Below are positions 40,841 through 52,800 of a stretch of 64,000 nucleotides of DNA, in pieces. Position numbers and translations under genes: made by a program. The notes below the pieces were generated by a model. That model was not told where the DNA came from. It made no database searches and saw only the letters and a list, made by a program, of their open reading frames with translations. The DNA is from Phoronis australis (lineage: Eukaryota > Animalia > Phoronida). Within the stretch, counting starts at the first letter, position 1, and every line of letters begins with the position of its first letter. The stretch lies in assembly GCA_002633005.1 (NCBI GenBank), contig NMRA01000378.1:1-64000 (forward strand), given 5' to 3'.

Positions 40841-42197
40841 AATGCTAAAGTTTTAGTGTCCATGTAAATTTAATAAAAACTAAAACCTTTATTTCTCAGC
40901 ACTCTCCAAATGCCAATTCCCAACTTGAACAACTACACGCGGGACGCTGTCCACTTAAATTGTGATTCGCTTGTATTTACAACAACATTAAATGCCTGAC
41001 CAAAACCTGGGAGTATTATTGGTCCTAGCCAAAACCAAGATTATGTGCAAATTCCAGAATTGTTTGGATGGTTAAATTTGATAACAGAAAGTTGAGACTA
41101 ACGTTGTATGCAAATGTTTGCATTTAACCATAACATGAAATTGTGATATGACCTCTTTTCAGGAAAGGAAGAAAGAACAAAAAATAATTTTCTCCTATTA
41201 GTTTTCATGCAACTATTGTTTTTTTAATAAACAAAGACGGACGATTTCAATGGCCGTTTCCAAATGAAATAAGATTTTAATACAAGTTATCCATGACGTT
41301 GTCGTGGAAAACCAGACAAACTTCAATAAACTGCGACACTAGCAGGTGAACATCGGTTTGGGAAGCTCAAGCCGTTATTAATTTGCCCTGCGGTGAGTCG
41401 CTGTTGTTTTGTAACAGAAATACCGTATTGAGGTCAAAGCCGGTTCAACCCAGGCTGAGGATTGGTCACGTGTTTTGTGTTAGATACAATGAATGTGCTG
41501 TAGCAACAGTGGATGTATAGTCATATACTTGATCAAAATATTTACCGCCGCTGCGCATGTGCAAGTTATGGGAGAGAGATTCACGATCATCCACAGAATT
41601 CAATAGGTAATTATCATATCATTTTCCCTCGAATATGTTTCTAATATCGTCAGGTTCAAAGTGCAGTAAAAACTAGTTGACGTCGTTGGTTCAAAAGCGA
41701 TTGTGAAGCTTTAGAATCTGATGGGAGCTTCTTGGTTTAGCATGTCATGGCGAAGCCACTCTTTTTAACTCACTGAACCCACGGTCAGTGCCACACTGGT
41801 GCGAGATATATCTCCTCAAGCAATTGTTCCGACACATGTTACATACCAAAGTCTCTCCACCTTCCAAAGGCAGGGGAGATTGTTCTCGTTTTGTTACAAA
41901 TAAGAATTTTGTCTGGGGATGGTCCATCAATATCAATGCGAACCGAACGTCTATTTATAGGCATAGCACGTATAATAGCAGCCGCATTGTGCCGAGTGAA
42001 CGTTGTGTAGGTAACCTAAAAGGAGTTGTATATCGCCTTCTCACCACGAGTAGGATTTACTGGCACAACAACACTGAACTTACGTACACTGTACTGGCGA
42101 CATCTGCTCCTTTTCAGAGCTCCAAGTTCCATAGTCTGGGTGTCCTGAGCTGAATCGGCGAACACGCCATTATAATCGTCGACCTGGTGTGGAATCA

Positions 42198-43661
42198 ATG
42201 ATGGCGAATTCAACTACCAAGGAAATCATTGCGACATCTAGTTACCGCTATGATGTTACGGCTACTACCATTTCAACGGACAACCTTACACAGTCCACAA
42301 ACGACAGTTTGGCTTTAGACATAGGTTTATTAACAAACGGTACAAATGGTACAACTAACACCACGCTATGGCCGCCAGTCACGAGCGGGGTGTTTATTGA
42401 TTTTGGACCAACAGTTCTCGCAATGGCGCTGATTCTAATCGCCACCGCAAGTCTGACGATGAACACTTTAATTCTGATCATTTTTGGGCGAGGGTCACAT
42501 TCGAGAAAACGAGTGTTTTACTTCATGGTAGAGCTGGCTGCATTCGACTGCAGCGCCACTTGCCTGTGGACAGTGTTAACAATTGTTCAGATGTTGATAG
42601 ACCACATGTATTTGGGTGATCCCAGGAAGACATGGTTATCTCTGACTGGTGTTATATGCATGGTTCAAGCATACACTATGTCAATCGTGGCGCTTGTCAA
42701 TATGTATACCCTGTTTGTTATGAGCTTCGAAAGATGCGTTAGGCTAGTCAAGCCATCAAAACATCATGAAATATTTGGAGGTAACAAGACTGTAACTGCA
42801 GTCATCATGCTCACTGTATTTTTGTATTGTTTTACAATAACAATTTTCCCATTGCTGGGTTTTGGAAGCATGGCAGAGTTTGTAAACCAATACCAGTGTT
42901 CCTGGAATTTTGAAGTGAGCTCTTCGCATCAAAATTTTCTGTTTGTGGTTGGATTTGTTTTACCACTTACAGGCAGCATTGTTTGTCACGTGATATGTAT
43001 CTTTAAAGCCAAAAAAATAAGTGGCCAAGTACATCCGGGTGAAACTATGGTGATAGAGGAGAATAAAGACATTCCTCAGTTGACATATGCTCAAAAATTG
43101 AAGAAGATGGAAAACAAATTCAAATATTCTCATCAAAAGATGAAAAAGCGCAAAGGCAAGGAGCGGATTCGTAAAGACTCAAGCGACTCCAGTAGTGACA
43201 GCGATGAAGACGAGGCTGAGAGACGCTATAAAGAAAAACAAAGAAAAAAGCAAAAACGACTTTATAAATTCAAGCACGATGATTTTAAATTAGCCGTCTC
43301 ATTCATTGTTATAACATTTCTAAACTTTTTCTGTTGGCTGCCGTATTTCATTGTCGGCTATATCTGGGTTGTGCCCGGTTATTCTACAGTCAGCGATGCG
43401 GTGTTTGCGGTTGTCATATTTCTCTGTCACTTCACAACTATATTGAAGCCGATAGTTTATCTCACTAACGCAAGACTGAGGCATTTCGCCCGTCAAGCGC
43501 TATCTAGACGTCAGACCGATAACCTGGAGGGCAAAGACTATCGCAAGGAACAAACGGAGACGGCCGATAACGATAAGGTCAACGGACACTATCCTGAAGA
43601 TCTGCCTGGTTCTCGCAGGTCGTCTGTCTCATCTAGTTCTAAAGAACGAAGTGAAAAGTGA
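42198..43661 (+). CDS. Class A (rhodopsin-family) orphan GPCR, single coding exon
   Basis: N-glycosylated Thr-rich N-terminus and seven hydrophobic segments. Motifs: TM3 C...MSFERC, TM4 FPLLGFG, ECL2 QCSWNF, TM6 FFCWLPYF, TM7 KPIVY, helix 8 NARLR. First ATG is at 42198. Confidence 0.92.
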   Translation: MMANSTTKEIIATSSYRYDVTATTISTDNLTQSTNDSLALDIGLLTNGTNGTTNTTLWPPVTSGVFIDFGPTVLAMALILIATASLTMNTLILIIFGRGSHSRKRVFYFMVELAAFDCSATCLWTVLTIVQMLIDHMYLGDPRKTWLSLTGVICMVQAYTMSIVALVNMYTLFVMSFERCVRLVKPSKHHEIFGGNKTVTAVIMLTVFLYCFTITIFPLLGFGSMAEFVNQYQCSWNFEVSSSHQNFLFVVGFVLPLTGSIVCHVICIFKAKKISGQVHPGETMVIEENKDIPQLTYAQKLKKMENKFKYSHQKMKKRKGKERIRKDSSDSSSDSDEDEAERRYKEKQRKKQKRLYKFKHDDFKLAVSFIVITFLNFFCWLPYFIVGYIWVVPGYSTVSDAVFAVVIFLCHFTTILKPIVYLTNARLRHFARQALSRRQTDNLEGKDYRKEQTETADNDKVNGHYPEDLPGSRRSSVSSSSKERSEK

Positions 43662-44112
43662 AAAAATACAGCACTCAAGCTTCGTATTGATTTCTAAGTG
43701 TTGGTCCTTTAAATTAGGTCCATCTTATGTGTACGAATACCGTCCTTACTGCGATTTTATCTAAGACAGGTGGGTGGAACAGATCAGGGACTATAAAATG
43801 TCGTAACTTTGCAACTGGTCGTAAGTGTCCGTTTACAATCTGTCTGAAAACGTTTAAGTAAAGATAGGTTTGGGATGAGCCTATGAGATGCAACATTTTG
43901 CAGGAACCGCTCCTAGGTTTAGTTGTCCATTATTTGGATAATTGTCAATCTTCGTGAAGTCCTTTCGTAAATCATCATCTAATTCTCGATGACTTAGCGT
44001 CGCACAATCGTAGATCATCACATGAACGCCGGAAAGTCTCGGTTTTGATCTGCATATGAATTTTCGAAAACACGAATTGCAGTCGCTCAGTTAGAACTAT
44101 CTATGTAGGCCT

Positions 44113-44222
44113 ATGTATGTGTGTATATGTAAGTTTGTATGTATGTATGTATGCATGTATGTGTGTATGTATGCATGCGTGGATGATAGGACGGATGGAT
44201 GTATGGATATGCATGTGTGTGT
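44113..44222. repeat. (TATG)/(TG)/(GGAT) simple repeat
   Basis: Direct reading. Confidence 0.85.
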
Positions 44223-47200
44223 ATCATAGAGCCGTGCCTTAGATTTTTTGTTAAGCCCAATCACCGTTTCAGAACCTCCTACAGTAGGAACTATGTATAT
44301 GTGGCGAAGATGTCTAAGTTTTTCGAACAAAAATAAAATATAAGACCGCATTCTCTCCGTCGTAGACTTGAATGTCTAAAGTTTCAAAGGAATCGACACA
44401 CGCACCAAGGAGAAATCGGCGTTGGAAACCTGTAAAAGCATCAAAAATCCTAAAATCAACTGATCAAGATATCCATTCGTGGTTACCCCATCCAACATAT
44501 TTAGTGATTTAATTATCAGTTTAAAGAAATCCCTGCTGCAATGAAAAATACTGAGACAATTGTATACAATATGTGAATATTGATTTTTGGAAAAAAATCC
44601 ATGAAGGTTGACAATTAACTTGATAGAATGAAAAAAATGAGAAGCTAGGTATCGTTTCGGTCATCATTTCCTGAAGCTATTCTCAAGTTCTACTGGTGGT
44701 GCCTTTGGCCGTCATGCTTTCGGAGCATACAAGCAGCCGCGTCAAGCTAAGCCTTCATGTGTAATATACAGTAGCCTGGTCTACAGTATTATGGCGCTAA
44801 CGCTACTCCCCAAGCCCAGAAACCACCTCAAATCCCAGTGATTGGGAAAGGTCAAGACAAAATTAGAAGTCTATTAAACATATGTCTTTTTGCAAAAGCT
44901 AGATTCATAGTAATTGTTTCTCAGTTTTCACCACTTGTATATAACATGAGCGGATAGCCATCAATATTCAAATGGACACCCCACTTCCAAGTAAGTAGAA
45001 TGCCGTAGGATTACTTTAGAAGGTAACTGGCTCGTCGGTTGGTAAACTACTGCGCTTGTTAATTGGACTTGGTGTTGCATTTTGTCTTTTTGAAATGTTC
45101 GAAATTTGAGAATAGTCTAGTTTCAAGCATATGCTTTGAAACACTAGTTCAAGTGGGTCAGCTGGTTCTGTTTGTACTTAGATGTTTAGGGGTGAGCTGT
45201 GCTCACCATGAAACTGTTAACCGTAACAAATTCAATGTGTATTTTTATTTTTAATTAATATACTTTATATAACTTTTATTTGCCCTTGCATTTTATTGTA
45301 AGTTATACAACACGTGTTAAATAGACACTAATAGGTTTTACGGTAGAAAAAAGCGCTTTTTGTTGTCTTAGGGTAGGATTGACTACTCGACCATAGCTAT
45401 AAAGCTGCAACATCTGTTGTGTTTAAGGCCATTTTATTACAGACTGCCGATTCCTAACAGAGGCGAAATGTAACTGTAATCGAGGCGGTGACATCAATAG
45501 TGTCGATGCCAGGCGCTGTGAAAACGGCCGAGGGGGCATTGTGTAGTGCTGATCAAATTTAAGACGGCGTAAAAAAGCCGAAGATCACGTGTAACATGTA
45601 TGTGAGAAAAACGACGAAAATCCGATACACAGTGGAGGATTAACTGCTCTGGGATGAGGATTTGTTAACGAAATCATGAGATGGACTGCCTTGCGAGAAC
45701 ACTGATGTTAGAAATCCCAGTTTTGCTTGATTGTGGGATTACATTCCTCTCCCGTATTCTAGAAATATATTACCATTTTTGTTTACTTTTGTTTGGTTCT
45801 GCGCGGAAACCTAAACTTGTTTTTCAAATGCTTACATGTATAACGTGTCCAGTCTTTGACTTTTAGTCAACCTGTTGAAATCCCTCTCTGAACTTTCGTA
45901 TGATCTCGGCCAGTCGGCACCATTATCATACACGCTGTTCTAAATGCCGGACAATCCGATAAGGTTGCTAATTATAACTGCTCATCTATGCAATGTTCGG
46001 TGTAACTATTGGTTGAATGCTGCACGTCTTGTTGGATAGCATTCCTGACTTTAAAATTACGTGCCGGTACAAGACGGCTTGAGAACGATTGAAGGCGGCA
46101 CTTGGAAAGTCACGTGGTTCAATAGCCGGAGAAACAAAGGATCACTGGCTTCGGAAGATTTCTGCGGATACGAAGGCAAAAGAAAAAAAAACATAATCAC
46201 GCAAGAAAATGAAGTATTTTTATGTGAAAAAGCTTCGTACAATTGTTGCAGTGCCGTCTCAGATAAATTCGTAGCATCCTGCTAGTACACTTACCATATC
46301 TTGTATTTTTGACCTGAAATCTCGCGCCTTGTTTTAACCAATGCTTGACTTTTTAGGTGTCTAATTCACAAGAAGTGAAACGCAAGCAAAACATGTAATT
46401 AGCGGCAATGGAGCGTATTGACATTATTATAACGATTTGGTCAAATTACGGAGTTATAAAGTAGTACTACCGAGTCACTAAATCGTCACCAACTGCTATT
46501 ATGGCGACGCCGTTTCAAATTTTCTTTCACGTTTCTTTTTTCTTGAAGTTCCGTCATTGAGATTCGAATCCTGTCGCTCTCAATTGCCATTGCACAACCA
46601 GCACGTCATACAACTCGAAAGCCTGTATTTGAAGATTGACACTGCATTAGTGGAACATCCGGCATGTCATATTTTTTGACATACATGTATAGCGTTTTGA
46701 ACACCCAGGTGGAATGATTTATAACAGTAAAATATTCTCAGTTTGAAAAATTAACGGCTTCAGTGAAATTGTCCCGTTCTTGATTTTGGAGGTAAATGTT
46801 TAATCTGTGGTACCGCCAGTTTTAGAAAATTTTACACAATTGTTGCGAAGTAACCGGAGAACATTTTAGCGTTCTTAGCTTGACTGGTTCTACCCTGAGT
46901 TAGTATGAATACATAAAATGGAAATTTTATTGAAATTTGCCCATATTAACAGGGATGAATCTGCGAGTTATCGCGCTAAGAATGTAGGCTACATTCATTG
47001 GCATTTCCCGGAGCCGCCAACGTTCCGCAGAATAAAGACATACTACTGAGAAAGAGGGTCCTCTGGTGCATCATATTCAGCCCACTCAACACAACCATTA
47101 TTGTCTGTTTACTCGATGGCAGGCGATGCATTAACAGTCCTTTTCATAGTAAAATAACTATAACTCCTTCTTGATCAGTAAACAAAAGCGAAATACATGT

Positions 47201-49875
47201 AGGTCGACTGCTTGAAAGTTAACCTCACGGTGGATACAAAACCTCTTCAACAACTGTGTAAAACACACAGAGCCACCTAGTGTTGGGTTTAAAGACTATG
47301 TGAGCGCTTGTTGCAGACATCTTGTGGTTCAGTTGCTTGGCGTAATTATTAAACAGGAGAAAATGTGTTGCTTACGATGAATTTTTAATCAATGTTCGTT
47401 GAAGTAATTATTTCTGTCCACCATTATTTTTTATCTTGAGTGAATAGACCAATATGACGACTAAAAAAATTGGATTGCTTTCATTAATGGTTAGTTTGCA
47501 ACACGCCGAAGCCCTTTTCCATGATACATGAAAAGTAAGCGGGAGTTAATCAGCCAGTAGAACTAAGGCAAAATATAATTAGTTTTGGGGTGGTACAGGT
47601 CAATTGGCAGTCCGACAGTCTGCAGGGCCAACAGTCTGAAGGGCCGACTGTCAGACGCGCCGACAGTTAGAAGGACAATTTGTACAAAAATTGTTTACAA
47701 AATGTGGAAAAATAAATTTTGACAAATTATTTGACCGGACTCGTACAGCATACACTGGCAGGGTGTACGTGATTTTAAAAAGATACTAAACACTGTTTTG
47801 ATGATTTTAGCCTTTCCTCATTCTATCACCTGTTAATGCACCATTGGCGCCAGTTTTGAAAGATAGAAGAAGGAACCAATTAAAACCTGCCTCTATGTCA
47901 CAGATTGGATGTTACGATTCTCTACATTTGCCTTGTAATTCGCTAAAAGCGTAGACCACGCTACCCGTTTAGCAGACTTAGAAATAAGGAGTTTTCAAAT
48001 TTTCCTCCAAACTTTTGAGGGTTGTCGAGGGTTAGAGAACATTATTTTGTTCTGCAGATACGTGTGGTCACGCGTTTGCAATTTCGACGTATGCAGGTTT
48101 ATATTTGACGTTCAATTCGAGTATGATTTGTATTCACACGTTAGGCCTACAGTCTTCAGTCCTGCTTAAGGGTTTTTTTCGGACTATCGCCATTCATGCT
48201 GAGGAATGTGACGTAGTTTTCCCTTGGTGAGGCAACTTAAAAACGACAAAAATGAAACCATACATTATTCACGTACGACAACTATCATCGACACTATCGT
48301 TTGGGCAATGTTTAAACTTAAAAAAGATTGAAAATATATATATTATTATGAAGAGAGATTCCATTATACATGACCTCATGTGCCTTCAGGAAAATTTTGA
48401 CTTTATTATGTAAATCCATGGCAATAAAAATGGTTTTTAAGTTCTAAAAGTTGTTGGTATCTACTGTACAGATATTATAGTTTCTTCAATTCAACATTGG
48501 CCTCAATATTTTTCTAGTGCTTGCTTGTGTTCTCCTTCAGTGTGGTAGAAAAACACGCAAAACGTTGATGTTGTAAAAATTGTGTGACTTGCGTTAAATT
48601 TGGCTTGTGTGCATCGATGAAACAGTGGTTTATTTACTTTTGTACAGTTGCTATGCAAGTTCTTCGTTTAAACCTGGAACATGACTTAATTTCTTAACAA
48701 AACAGGCGACACAGTTGTGACACGTTGCGTGTTTTGACGCAATAAATTTTCATTTTTAGGTAGCAGAAGCCAAAAGATAGTAATTTGACACTAATGACAA
48801 AATTCGCGACGAGTCATGTTCCGGCCCTCCCAGCCCAACACCTTTTGTCTAAGTGATTCACGCAGAAACTCTCAATCCCATTCATTTCATGCGGATTCTG
48901 ACGCAACATTGTCGTTTGAATAACAGTAAACCATCAAGTAAATATAAATCTTTACCAACACACCACATCTCCCTCCTTCACCCTATTGTACAAAGGGTGA
49001 GTTTTTAAAAGATAAAATATTCTTGCAGTTTGCGTGGACATTAGCTCGAAGACCCTGTGCGTGCTGGCCCACAGCTTGCAATAGCTTTGACACAACCAAA
49101 TGACATTTGACGATTAACGGCCGCTGCATGACCCCAAAACGTACCTTTCAAAAATATAATCGGTCGTTCCTGTGTCCAATTGAAGCATCTCCTGGAATCT
49201 TTTCAATCAACAATGGGGTTTTGCATAAAACGTTGATAGTTAAAAGGATACCTACAAACCTGGTTTTGACCTATGAACAAATAGTATTTTTTATCCAGTT
49301 CTCTGAAACAAATAATGCTCTGTGACCATCGACAACCGTCAAAAGTTGAGAGGGAAGTTTGAAAACATCTTCCAAAGTCTACTAAAGGAGCAAGCCTGGC
49401 CTACGCCATTAACTAGTGGCAGCTGTGGGAAAGACCACCCACTAAGGACCATAATATTCCATCTGTGACATTGGAAGCATGATGAGGTTTTAGTTGATTC
49501 CTGCCTTTCACTTTGCAAGATTGACGCCAGCCAGTGATGTTTTAGCAGGTGACAGAACGAGAATTGGTTGAAATCATCAAAACAGGGTTTACATGTATGT
49601 TCCGTTTAACTGACTGAACAAGTGGTGGATATACAATCGAAAAGCCAAATATGAATCACTTAGCGAATGTAACAATGTCCAATAATTACTGACTTTTAGC
49701 TCCACATCGGCCATTAGCACATTTTTCAGTCTGAAAATCAACATACTGACCTCGATGAAAGTCAGCAATTAAGTTGTAGTTCATTTGGTTTTCTAGGATT
49801 TGTCCAAAATTACGCTGCGATAAACAGGTTTACTCCAGGAGATAGTAAAGGACAAATGACTTTTTATCCTTTATA

Positions 49876-52800
49876 TCAACATTCGGATAAATCTATTCCA
49901 GGACATTTCACTCCAAACTGGTTGAACACCCGCGCCACCTCTGCATTGTCATAGCCATACGTTCTTGCAGCCTCCTCTACGCCACAAGCTCCTGACGACA
50001 TGGTTGTGCACCGCCTCCAGAAGGCGAAGTTGGCCAACGTGAAAACTTGGTGTGCCTTCTTAATGCCCCAGCCAGGTGTCCTGGAAAGGACCATAAACGC
50101 ACGATTATATATCCCACTCCCCTCATGCACGTCATCGCCCGCTTTGTAATCATGGTAATGCCCCCTCGAAGCACCGTCTAACCCTGGACATTCGAAATAT
50201 CGTAAAGCATCCTTATTCATCTGGGTACTTTTTACAACATCATAACTGACTTTCCAATCGACCTTTCCCGTTAAATAATGTTCGAGTGTTTCACCTGTAA
50301 TGTCTGAGTAGGCTTCGTTGACGGCCCCAGGTTCTCCACGGTAAAGAAGGTTAGAGTGGGTTTGAGTAAAACCGTGTGCTAACTCGTGGGGTATGACGTT
50401 TATTCCCGAGAGAGGATACAGTTCTTTATTTCCATCTCCGATGATAAGCTCGAACCTGATGGGGTCCCAGTAGGTCAGCTTTAGATTTTCTCTGTAATGC
50501 ACTCGGATCACTACAGGAAGTTTCGGTACTACGTCAATGTTATAATAATCCCTGAACATTCGCACCGTTTCAGTGCCGTAAACGTGTGCATCATTTAGGG
50601 GCGAAAACGCGCCGTTAACTTCGTCATTATTGTCTGAAGTACAGTCAAATTCGTGAGCGCGAGTTTCCTCGAAGCTATCCTGTTGGTGGTTGTTTATTGT
50701 TTTTACATAAGAATTTTCCATTTGACATCGAAGATTTGGCCTCAGCATAACGTCTAGATAGCGCGATATTTCGCGGCCGAAGTGAATGTCCCCTGTCTTC
50801 ATGTTACCACCAATTCCCGAAGCCTGTAACCCCATCAAGCCTTGTTCCCAGAACTGGATCAACTCCCCAGTAGCTGTGTCCACCCAGCCCACGTAGACGA
50901 AGGATTTGATGAACAATTTCTCCTTGGCTGAGAGCGTGGTGCCAGTGACGTATACTTCGTAATATCGTCGGATTCTGCCAGCAGTGACATCTATCCGTAA
51001 TTCGGATTTTGATTTGGTGAAACAAACGCGTCTTTTTTGATACGCCACATTTTTTTGCCTTGCAGATGCCATTCTTCGGACAGTTCGTTTTGCCATTTCA
51101 CTTGTGATGTTGAAAAATGGACTCAGGTTTTCAATCCTATATATTGTTCCCTTGACTGTTGTAGGATCCAAACTCCCTTAAATAGAATATCGTTTAATTT
51201 AAAGATCAACCAAATTAAACGGCGTCTAACATGTACTTGGGGTTGAAAGCATACAATGTGCCTGGCTGTAATTTGTCTGTAGTCAAAACTCGACTCGAAA
51301 ATTGTCAATGTGGTACTTTGAGAAACTAATCCGCCTTCATCAAGTCAGATACGGGTCGAGCGCTAGTCTTGACGCGCAGGCGGAGATTAGCCCTACGGTT
51401 CGCGGCTTCAGCACAAAACTGAGAACCGTCTTGCACAATAGGGCTACCTGTGCAAGACATCCGAATCTCGTTTTTGCCGCGCCGCGAACCGTAAAGCTGG
51501 ACTATACTACACGAATAATCTACATGTTTTACAAACGAATAAAACGTCACTGAGTCCACTTTTTTCTTTAACGGATTTAACATGAACCAAAAGCAGTCAG
51601 TTCGCCCGCCATTGGACCGCCAGAAGCGTTGCCATGAACTTGAGTCGCAACTTCTATGGTCGGAAGGCGGCTAATAGCAATGAGTTGGAAACAAAACAAC
51701 GTCTAATCATAAAAATAAAAATAAAATAATATGTACTCTAACAGGCCGCTATTTTAATGCTTGAGAACTTGCAGCCAAATACAAGGCGAGAGTATCCATC
51801 TTGCGTGCGTGGCTTGCGTGATAAGTTGGTCACGGCAATCCCTCAAGCACACACAATTAGTAGTGCCTTACCGTAAATAGTGTTTTGTGCCCATGGACTC
51901 GTAAATATCATGTGTTTAATGCCATTACGTGACGTATCTTTGACTTAGCCCATTGAAGGGGATACAATATGGTGAGTTCAAGTGACAAGTACTGTTTAGG
52001 TTCCGTCCTATTGCTCACAAATCACCAAGTTTTCTACGGTGCCACCGGGGATGAGCCTGCAACCGTACCATAGTGCATCGGCGCCGAAGATGAAACCCCC
52101 AGTTAGGAGTAGAAAGTGGACTTTAGTGTGGTAGAGATGAATAATCATTATTTCTCGGCGTCTGTAGGTTTCTTCCAAAACACCCACTGCACATAGGAAT
52201 GACATTTATTTTGGAAAACCTCACAATACAATGGTGAATGAGTAAATACATGTTCTGATCATGTTAGCTTTGCAAACGAAGAGTATTCGACATACAGAGT
52301 TCCCAATGGCCTCTGATGAAGAAGGACTCACTTAAAATACCGGTTAGCTGGAAGATTACCTGATAAAGTACATGTAAGTACACGTATAGTATATTTCAGA
52401 TTTCCAGGTTTGGATCAGATGAAATACATATGTAGATGTTTGTTGTGCTACATAGGATCAGTAATACTTGTAGTCAATACACGTAAATTGTTGATTGTAC
52501 TGTAAGTGGGATCTTGAAAAACACGAGGTGCATCATCCATTAGTGCACTCGAAATTAAGCAAGACATGCATTCAGTTTGTAACATGATTCAAATGGTCCG
52601 TTTAATTACCGTTATCGACAATCTCCTCACTCACGCCGCTGGTGGTATAGGCCTAGGTGCCGAGGATACACACATCGCTGGCTGTGTGTAGGTGATTGGG
52701 GGAAGGGGGTTACCGTCAGGGGCCGATCCAGGATTTTGAGTTAGGGAGGCCAGGGCACAGGAATAACCAGAATTTCGGCAGACGCGCCCGCTCAGCTAAA

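Noticed and set aside
43400-43460. Calling the GPCR a true opsin
   Set aside because: The residue aligned to Lys296 is His, so the canonical Schiff-base lysine is absent.
47610-47675. Short ~16-bp repeats resembling a CRISPR-like array
   Set aside because: Degenerate tandem units without unique spacers in a eukaryotic context; a minisatellite within a repeat.
52008-52205. Extra phase-1 exon in the protease intron
   Set aside because: Possible AG/GT sites exist, but the peptide resembles no domain and is not needed for a continuous propeptide.
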